Shown one piece after another: positions 25,575 through 32,000 of a DNA stretch of 32,000 nucleotides. The notes under the pieces were generated by a model. That model worked only from the letters and a program-made list of their open reading frames with translations, was not told where the DNA came from and did no database searches. The stretch is from Anaerosporobacter mobilis DSM 15930 (GTDB lineage: Bacteria; Bacillota; Clostridia; Lachnospirales; Lachnospiraceae). The DNA is taken from positions 117,516 to 149,515 of the forward strand of contig NZ_FRCP01000019.1 in NCBI RefSeq assembly GCF_900142955.1. Reading direction: 5' to 3'. The position numbers and the translations under genes are program-made. Each line of letters starts with the position of its first letter. Position 1 is the stretch's first letter.

Positions 25575-25638
25575 CTTTCATATCCTGATTGTATCATCAT
25601 ACTTTCATACCTTGATTGTATCATCATACTTTCGTGTC
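25575..25638. repeat. 27-bp tandem repeat, about 2.3 copies
   Basis: CTTTCATATCCTGATTGTATCATCATA (25575-25601) is followed by CTTTCATACCTTGATTGTATCATCATA (25602-25628) with 2 mismatches, then a partial copy CTTTCGTGTC. Confidence 0.75.
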
Positions 25639-25647
25639 TAGCTTCTA

Positions 25648-26682
25648 TTACAATGCTTTAATATCTTGAATTAATTTCTCAACGTTTTCTTTCTTCGTAG
25701 CCCAACTCGTACAAAAACGTACGACACTTTTGTTCTCGCCAACCTTACACCAGAAAGTAAATGAATAACTCTTTGCTAATACTTCTAATTGCTCATCCGG
25801 AATGATTGGAAATTGTTGATTTGTAGTTGAATCATACATAAATTCGTATCCTTTATCCTCGAATGCCTTACGAATCTTAAGTGCTAAATCCACTGCATGC
25901 TTGGATATATCAAAGTATAAGTTTTCTTCAAATAAGGTTCCGAACTGAATACCAAGAAGCCTTCCTTTTGCCAATAATCCACCTTTTTGTTTTATGCTAT
26001 ATCGGAAGTCATTTTTTAAGTACTTATTCTTAATAACTACAGCTTCTCCGAATAATGCTCCTACTTTCGTACCTCCTATATAGAACACATCACAATAATC
26101 GGTGATATCCTTTAGCGTAACATCGTTTTGTGGTGAAGTTAATCCATAACCAAGCCTTGCACCATCTAAGAATAGAGACAAACCATGTTCTTCACATGCC
26201 TCTCTAATTGCGTTAAGTTCTTCCTTCGAGTAGATTGTACCCGTCTCTGTTGGGAAAGAGATGTAAACCATTGCCGGCTGAACGAAATGTTCTCTCGAAA
26301 CGTCTTCTCTATGATCAATACACACCTTAGTTATCTGTTTCGCACTGATCTTACCATCTGTACTTGGTATCGTTAATACTTTATGTCCTGTTGCTTCTAT
26401 TGCACCCGTCTCATGGCCACTTATATGCCCACTATCTGCTGCGATTACTCCCTGATATGGACGTAGCATACTAGATATAACTGTTAGGTTTGTTTGGGTT
26501 CCCCCTACTAAAAAATGTACATCAATGTCATCATGTTCGCATCTTTCTTTGATATATTCTCTTGCCTTCTCACAATAAGAATCCACTCCATATCCTGGAG
26601 TTTGATCCTCATTGGTATCTATTAGTCGTTGCATAATCAAAGGATGTGCACCCTCTGCATAATCGCATTCAAATCGTATCAT
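25648..26682 (-). CDS. PLP-dependent threonine-aldolase / beta-eliminating-lyase family enzyme
   Basis: MIRFECDYAEGAHP...GYGVD...HFLVGGTQTNL...GGTK (PLP Lys) fits low-specificity threonine aldolase-like proteins. I place the start at ATG 26682 (AAGGAG RBS 8 nt upstream) rather than the track start at 26742. Confidence 0.78.
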   Translation of the reverse strand: MIRFECDYAEGAHPLIMQRLIDTNEDQTPGYGVDSYCEKAREYIKERCEHDDIDVHFLVGGTQTNLTVISSMLRPYQGVIAADSGHISGHETGAIEATGHKVLTIPSTDGKISAKQITKVCIDHREDVSREHFVQPAMVYISFPTETGTIYSKEELNAIREACEEHGLSLFLDGARLGYGLTSPQNDVTLKDITDYCDVFYIGGTKVGALFGEAVVIKNKYLKNDFRYSIKQKGGLLAKGRLLGIQFGTLFEENLYFDISKHAVDLALKIRKAFEDKGYEFMYDSTTNQQFPIIPDEQLEVLAKSYSFTFWCKVGENKSVVRFCTSWATKKENVEKLIQDIKAL

Positions 26683-26853
26683 TCGTCTGTCTCCTTCTAT
26701 ATGTTCTACAAATATCATACTCCTTTTTGCTACATCAAACAATAGAAAATCTTATCCTCTTATCGTATTCTTTCTACATAAATAATTCATGTTTTTGTTT
26801 ACCTTCCTAGTATAAATCATATTTATAAACATTACACTAATCTTAGAAAGCAT

Positions 26854-26896
26854 AAAAATCAGTACCACCTTACGTTAATAAGGAGTACTGATTTTT
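26854..26896 (-). terminator. Rho-independent terminator after the Big_2 protein gene
   Basis: Stem AAAAATCAGTAC / GTACTGATTTTT with inner CCTTA/TAAGG pairing. A/T runs on both sides give a U-tract on the minus strand. Confidence 0.7.
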
Positions 26897-26979
26897 AATG
26901 CACTATGATTCCAGCGTCAAACGTTTGATTATTCTATTTCATATAAATGACAATGAATTATTATTCATATACTTATTGA

Positions 26980-27759
26980 CTATTTTACAACTGCAATTGT
27001 TTTCATAATCATATCGAATGTAGCTTGCATGTCTAATGAAGTAACCGTATCATCGTACATGTATGTAACTTCAATGGAATGCTCATTAACGTACATATCA
27101 TAAGCAATATAGGTGAGTCCTTCACTCTTGAAGGTAATATATATTCCATCACCAAGAGTAGTCTTTACATCTTCCTTTTTGTAATCTGTTATTCCAGGAG
27201 TATTTGCAACAACCTCTAATTGACTATTCACCATTTCAGCCCATAGTTCATCTGTTATTTGCTGACCTTCCAGATTATTGTTTGTCACAAGAACAGCTTC
27301 ATGCTCGTTGTCCTTTAAACTAAGTCCCATCATACTTACTGTGTCTTGTGTTTGGCTTTCATATACTACGTTGCTTGGAACTGTGAAAGTTATATTATCT
27401 AATGTACAAGTTTGATTATCAGCTTTCTTAGCAGTTACTGTTACTTTGCAAGTATATTTTTTACCATTTGACTTTGCTGTTATGGTAACTGTACCTGCAG
27501 CTTTGGCAGTAACTTTACCACTCTTACTTACTGTTGCAACGGACTTCTTACTTGATGACCAAGTAACGGACTTCTTAGTTCCAGTTAATTTTAATTGCTT
27601 CGTCTGTCCAACCTTTAATGATACTTTGGTTTGAGATAATTTCACAGTAGCTGCACTTGCAACTGTTGTTGTATTCATTGAAGGTAATGCAGCTGGTGCA
27701 GATACTCCCATTGCAAAAGCTAACGCTAATGCCATAACCTTTGTTCTTAATTTTTTCAT
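26980..27759 (-). CDS. Secreted protein: signal peptide, one Big_2 (bacterial Ig-like) domain, then an unrecognised C-terminal domain of about 145 aa
   Basis: Signal peptide MKKLRTKVMALALAFAMGVSAPA. The Big_2-like block is VKLSQTKVSLKVGQTKQLKL...VTWSSSKKSVATVSKSGKVTAKAAGTVTITA. GGTGAGGAG RBS. Confidence 0.78.
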   Translation of the reverse strand: MKKLRTKVMALALAFAMGVSAPAALPSMNTTTVASAATVKLSQTKVSLKVGQTKQLKLTGTKKSVTWSSSKKSVATVSKSGKVTAKAAGTVTITAKSNGKKYTCKVTVTAKKADNQTCTLDNITFTVPSNVVYESQTQDTVSMMGLSLKDNEHEAVLVTNNNLEGQQITDELWAEMVNSQLEVVANTPGITDYKKEDVKTTLGDGIYITFKSEGLTYIAYDMYVNEHSIEVTYMYDDTVTSLDMQATFDMIMKTIAVVK

Positions 27760-27907
27760 GTAATCTCCTCACCTTTCTTTACTAAATAACTTAAACTGAT
27801 TGAATACGTTATTTTGTTATTTTATTCACGTACTCTTTCATTATAATACTAGTTGTTACATTTTACCATGCGAATTTTATTAATATTGGATTAAAATTAG
27901 ATTGCCT

Positions 27908-29557
27908 TTATTTTTCATGTTGTTCAAAAATCTCTTTCACCTTATGATACGCTAACTTTTCTCTACGATAACAATCTACAACGCCCTTATTATTCTGTGT
28001 TTTAGGCCTCACGTTTGCCCATTCCGTATCTACTCTACAATCGCAAAACTGCCAGATAATTACACCACTGAACCTCGAACTATGAAAAATACCTTCTAGT
28101 TGCTGCGTTAACAATTCCTCCTGCCTTTCTTCAGACCACTTTGCATGTGTTCTATCTCGGAAACCATAAATAGCACCTGCACCGACCTCACTGACTAACA
28201 TAGGCTTACCAGCTCCCCCTTGCGATTCAGCCCATCTAACCGCATCTACCAAGAATTCTTCCGTTGTTTTATCTGTATACCAGCCTGGATACATATTTAA
28301 TGAAACAATGTCCACCAGATTAAAACATACTTCCTGATCATAATTACACGCTGCGTAAGTCACTGGTCTGACATTATCTAGAGATTTCATGTATTCAATT
28401 AATTCTTTATAGCATTGTCGTCCAAATTCAGTATAATCACAAGATTCATTCAAAAGTCCCCATACAAATATAGAAGGATGATTATAGTGGTTCTCTATCA
28501 TCTCATATATAGATAGTTTTTCTTGTTCCATAAAAAGCGGGTGCCGCATCGCTTCCTCCGGAAGACTTCTCGCGTGAGCTTCCTCCCATACTAGTATCCC
28601 ATTCTCATCACATAAATCCAGAAAACGTTCATCGTTAGGATAATGACTAGTTCGTATACAATTCGCTCCCATATTCTTAATTAATTCTATATCAAGATAC
28701 ATAGCTTGTAATGGAACCGCACACCCATAGTCCGCATAATCTTCATGACGGTTAAATCCCTTTATGATAATTTTCTCCCCATTTAATAATATATCTTGTC
28801 CTTCTATGCTAACTTCTTTAAATCCAATCCGATCTATGTAATCATCTATTACCTTTCCAGCCATAATAATGGTTGCATTCAGCATATATAGTTTGGGATT
28901 TTTCGGTCCGTATGCTTCAGCGGTTGGAAACTCTTGTTCAAAAACAATCTCCTTCTCTTCTTCTGATTGTAATAAGACCTCTTTCTGCAGTATTTGTCCC
29001 GCCAATTCCACCTCAACTGTAGTAACTTGGGATTGTTTCGTTAGATTAACTACGGCTGCCTTAATATTGCCACACCATTTTTGCTCCTTCTTATATGGCA
29101 AAAAATGAATTTGTCTAATATACACTGCATCCAACTTTTCCACAACCACTGGTCTGGTAATACCACCATATGAATAGTAGTCATTCGGTCTGTTTAAGGA
29201 AGCTTCCTCATGAAAGGAATTATCGATTTGTACCTGTAATTCATGACTTCCACTTTCTTGTTCCTTTAATATATAATCAAATGAACCATACGCTCCATAA
29301 TGTTTCCCTATTAGTTTACCATCCAGACTAACTAGGGCAGTATGGCTCACTCCAGAGAATTCAATCCGAATATTCCCTTTTGCCTCAAATTCTGTTTTCA
29401 ACATGGCTTTTCCCTTATAGGATATTAACTTAGGATTCGTTTCGATACAACAGGGAACTGGGATTCTATCCACATCTACTCCCTCTATATTAAGATCCCA
29501 CATTTCTGCTAACGGTATACTTTTTCTCACTCTGTGTTGTGTAAATATTCTTGCCAT
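27908..29557 (-). CDS. uidA: Glycoside hydrolase family 2 beta-glucuronidase
   Basis: 549 aa. FNRHED, TSHYP, NHPSIFVWGLLNES (acid/base Glu), NMYPGWY, LVSEVG (nucleophile Glu) and the glucuronide-specific N-x-K motif (QNNKG) near the C-terminus. GGGAGG RBS. Confidence 0.82.
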   Translation of the reverse strand: MARIFTQHRVRKSIPLAEMWDLNIEGVDVDRIPVPCCIETNPKLISYKGKAMLKTEFEAKGNIRIEFSGVSHTALVSLDGKLIGKHYGAYGSFDYILKEQESGSHELQVQIDNSFHEEASLNRPNDYYSYGGITRPVVVEKLDAVYIRQIHFLPYKKEQKWCGNIKAAVVNLTKQSQVTTVEVELAGQILQKEVLLQSEEEKEIVFEQEFPTAEAYGPKNPKLYMLNATIIMAGKVIDDYIDRIGFKEVSIEGQDILLNGEKIIIKGFNRHEDYADYGCAVPLQAMYLDIELIKNMGANCIRTSHYPNDERFLDLCDENGILVWEEAHARSLPEEAMRHPLFMEQEKLSIYEMIENHYNHPSIFVWGLLNESCDYTEFGRQCYKELIEYMKSLDNVRPVTYAACNYDQEVCFNLVDIVSLNMYPGWYTDKTTEEFLVDAVRWAESQGGAGKPMLVSEVGAGAIYGFRDRTHAKWSEERQEELLTQQLEGIFHSSRFSGVIIWQFCDCRVDTEWANVRPKTQNNKGVVDCYRREKLAYHKVKEIFEQHEK

Positions 29558-29797
29558 TGTGTTACCTCCCGATTACTATTCTTTCATGTTTTTACTGTAG
29601 TATTATTTTACTTATTAAGCATGATTAATGAAATGCTCAAAAGTATAATATGATGTCATAAAGTACTGTATTTCTTACATAGAACTGATATAATTGAAAT
29701 AATAGGCAACCTTAAAACACAGTATGTTGTCAACATGGAAAAAAGTAGTTCGCAATTACCTAAATTGAAATAAACAAAAAGGGAGAATGTTTCTTAT

Positions 29798-30631
29798 ATG
29801 TATAACTACGAATTGATTGATAATTTAACATCCAATCTTTCTATAACATTAAAACTCAGTTACAAAGTAACTCACGATGTAAATTGGTTGGAACATAGAA
29901 CCAAAACCGAATATACAATCTGGACCATTATTACAGGGAATGTATGGATAATAATAAATAACAAGGAGTTTCTTGCTAAATCAGGTGATATACTATTGTT
30001 TTATCCAGGGGATACATACACTGCTCATACTGATGAAAATGGCTGTAGTTTCATCTATAATCGTTTTCGATTAGAAATGGGCTCTACTATAGACATTATG
30101 TCTACCATAAATATGTCAGGTATTATTCCTGGGTTCTACATTAAGGCATACGCGGATAAATTCTGTGAACGTTTTTTATCTTTGTATACTTCTCCCCAGC
30201 ATATTTCACTAGAGCTCTATTCAGAGTTTCTATATTACCTCTCTAGAGTGCTTACAGTAGGAAAAAGATACGGTATCTTCTTTTACACAGATTCAAACTA
30301 CAACAGGAAAATACCAATGATTGATACCATACTTCATTATATCAACGGACATTTTACAGAACATATATCTGTAAAACAACTGTCCGAAATGAGTAACTTA
30401 AGTGAGAAATATTTTATTGCTTCCTTCACTTCCTTATTAGGAATTTCACCAAAACAATATATTATTGAATGTCGTATGAAGCTAGCTTCTGAGCTCTTAT
30501 GTGATCCTAACACAAAAATCGGTGCTGTAGCTGCTATTGTAGGGTATTCAGATCAATATTCTTTTTCTAAAGCTTTCAAAAAATATTTTGATGAAAGTCC
30601 CACAGAATTTCAAAAACAATTTATCTATTAA
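29798..30631 (+). CDS. AraC-family transcriptional regulator (cupin-like N-terminus plus double HTH)
   Basis: 277 aa. The C-terminal pattern VKQLSEMSNLSEKYFIASFTSLLGISPKQYIIECRMKLASELL...IGAVAAIVGYSDQYSFSKAFKKYFDESPTEF is classic AraC/XylS. The gene is divergent from the glucuronidase gene. Confidence 0.9.
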   Translation: MYNYELIDNLTSNLSITLKLSYKVTHDVNWLEHRTKTEYTIWTIITGNVWIIINNKEFLAKSGDILLFYPGDTYTAHTDENGCSFIYNRFRLEMGSTIDIMSTINMSGIIPGFYIKAYADKFCERFLSLYTSPQHISLELYSEFLYYLSRVLTVGKRYGIFFYTDSNYNRKIPMIDTILHYINGHFTEHISVKQLSEMSNLSEKYFIASFTSLLGISPKQYIIECRMKLASELLCDPNTKIGAVAAIVGYSDQYSFSKAFKKYFDESPTEFQKQFIY

Positions 30632-30665
30632 TTAAAACAAAGATTGCTAATCTTTATTGATTTTA

Positions 30666-30685
30666 ATATTACTATATAGTAATAT
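30666..30685. promoter_or_regulatory. Perfect 20-bp palindrome ATATTACTATATAGTAATAT, candidate MarR operator
   Basis: The sequence is exactly self-complementary and lies about 80 nt upstream of the marR-like ATG. Confidence 0.5.
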
Positions 30686-30767
30686 ACCATTTAGTAGTTT
30701 ATTGTTATGATTAATTATTCATACTTTTATTTATAATTAAAATTATCTCTATTTAGGAGGTGAAATC

Positions 30768-31223
30768 ATGCCCGATATGCCTGTTGGAATACTATTAGCT
30801 CAAATCAAGCAACTGCAAGGTAGAATTATCGAAAAGAAATTGAAGGCTTATAGCAGTCAAGACTTGAATGGTTCCCAGATTAATATTCTTTATCAGCTTT
30901 GGCTAGAAGATAACATTACTATTAGTCAGTTAAGTACACGTACGAATTTGGCAAACACAACATTGACCACTATGTTGGATAGATTAGAAAAACAAGGGCA
31001 AATTATTAGACATAGAAATGAGAATAACCGACGTGAAATTAGGATTCAATTAACAGATTCTGCAAAGAATCTTAGGAAAGATAGTAATCTAGTATTGCAG
31101 GAAATGCATGAGATTAATTTCAACGGCTTTACTAATGAGGAAGAGGACTTAGTGTACTCTTTACTTTTACGAATGAAACAAAATCTTGAAAATGAGGATG
31201 GAATTTATGGACACAAAAAGTGA
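30768..31223 (+). CDS. MarR-family transcriptional regulator
   Basis: 151 aa. Winged-HTH pattern LNGSQINILYQLWLEDNITISQLSTRTNLANTTLTTMLDRLEKQGQIIRHRNENNRREIRIQLT. AGGAGGTG RBS. Confidence 0.9.
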   Translation: MPDMPVGILLAQIKQLQGRIIEKKLKAYSSQDLNGSQINILYQLWLEDNITISQLSTRTNLANTTLTTMLDRLEKQGQIIRHRNENNRREIRIQLTDSAKNLRKDSNLVLQEMHEINFNGFTNEEEDLVYSLLLRMKQNLENEDGIYGHKK

Positions 31224-32000
31224 TAACAAATTAGGTACTGAAAAGATTGGTAAACTGGTTTTCAGTCTTGCATTGCCTGCTGTCATCGCGCAGATGGTTA
31301 ATGTACTTTATAACATAGTCGATCGTATGTATATCGGTCATATTCCTAAAATAGGATCAACTGCACTAACTGGGCTTGGTGTATGTTTCCCAATTCTTAT
31401 GCTTATATCAGCATTCAGCGCTTTCGTTGGTTCTGGTGGAGCTCCGCTCGCTTCTATTCAATTAGGAAAAGGGAATAAAAAAGAAGCCGAAAAGATTCTT
31501 GGTAATGGTGTAACTATGTTACTTGCTTTCTCCCTTATATTAACCTTTGGATTTATGATATTTAAAGAGCCTTTATTGTATGCCTTTGGAGCAAGTGATA
31601 AAACATTTACGTATGCCAATCAATATCTGACAATTTATTTACTTGGTACTATCTTCGTACAAGCTGCCATTGGTTTGAATACATTTATCACCTGCCAAGG
31701 GCAAGCAAAGGTAGCCATGTTTTCTGTCTTAATTGGCGCAATAATTAATATCGTACTCGATCCAATCTTTATTTTTGTTTTTGATCTTGGTGTACGAGGT
31801 GCTGCACTTGCTACTATAATTTCTCAAGGTTGTAGTGCGATATGGGTTGTCGCATTCCTAGTATCAAAACGTTCTAGTTTAAGAATTAAACTATCTAATC
31901 TAAAACCAAATTGGAAGATAATTGGTGCTATCGCTGCACTTGGTGTCTCACCTTTCATTATGCAAGCGACTGAAAGTTTAATTAATATTGTATTTAATAG
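31207..32000 (+). CDS. MATE-family efflux transporter (5' part, runs off the right edge)
   Basis: Manual translation from ATG 31207 gives MDTKSDNKLGTEKIGKLVFSLALPAVIAQMVNVLYNIVDRMYIGHI..., a typical MATE N-terminus, open to the window end. It overlaps the marR stop by 17 nt, suggesting translational coupling. Confidence 0.85.
   Translation, partial: MDTKSDNKLGTEKIGKLVFSLALPAVIAQMVNVLYNIVDRMYIGHIPKIGSTALTGLGVCFPILMLISAFSAFVGSGGAPLASIQLGKGNKKEAEKILGNGVTMLLAFSLILTFGFMIFKEPLLYAFGASDKTFTYANQYLTIYLLGTIFVQAAIGLNTFITCQGQAKVAMFSVLIGAIINIVLDPIFIFVFDLGVRGAALATIISQGCSAIWVVAFLVSKRSSLRIKLSNLKPNWKIIGAIAALGVSPFIMQATESLINIVFN

Noticed and set aside
25575-25638. Possible CRISPR-like or minisatellite array
   Set aside because: It has only 2.3 directly abutting copies of a 27-bp unit with no spacers, and there are no cas genes in the window. 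I report it simply as a tandem repeat.
27575-27772. 65-aa minus-strand ORF overlapping the 5' end of the Big_2 protein gene
   Set aside because: It is out of frame with a gene that has a convincing RBS and signal peptide. It has no RBS of its own and a Cys/Asn-rich nonsense-like sequence.
1-32000. Search by eye for defence systems, toxin-antitoxin pairs, prophage or transposon remnants, integrases, tRNA/rRNA genes and CRISPR arrays
   Set aside because: No ORF shows nuclease, helicase, methyltransferase, recombinase or transposase signatures. I saw no terminal inverted repeats or tRNA-like cloverleaf candidates. The window looks like core or accessory metabolic and regulatory chromosome rather than a mobile or defence island.

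Overview
AT-rich Firmicutes/Clostridia-style chromosomal segment. It is densely coding, with GGAGG-type RBSs, sigma-A-like promoters and many hairpin terminators. I see no rRNA, tRNA, CRISPR array, transposase/integrase or recognisable phage/defence genes. Content, left to right: (i) A nine-gene minus-strand polyamine cluster (10083 down to 313): aminoaldehyde dehydrogenase, potABCD-type importer, a P-II-like signal protein, a LuxR-type regulator, a PatA/YgjG-like putrescine aminotransferase and a second aldehyde dehydrogenase. (ii) A divergently transcribed BlaI/BlaR1-type repressor and sensor-protease pair. Its extracellular sensor is an NlpC/P60 domain whose catalytic Cys is replaced by Thr. 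This is my best candidate for an undescribed signalling system. (iii) A T-box leader followed by a divergent MetRS-family ligase. (iv) Two methyl-accepting chemotaxis proteins flanking an EamA transporter and a double-FtsX ABC system. (v) An orphan bacterial GH3 (acyl-acid amido synthetase) homologue behind a 430-bp AT-rich region. (vi) A threonine-aldolase-family PLP enzyme, a secreted Big_2 protein, a GH2 beta-glucuronidase with a divergent AraC regulator, and a MarR-MATE pair running off the right edge. All functional calls come from by-eye motif recognition and manual folding. Nothing has been checked against a database.
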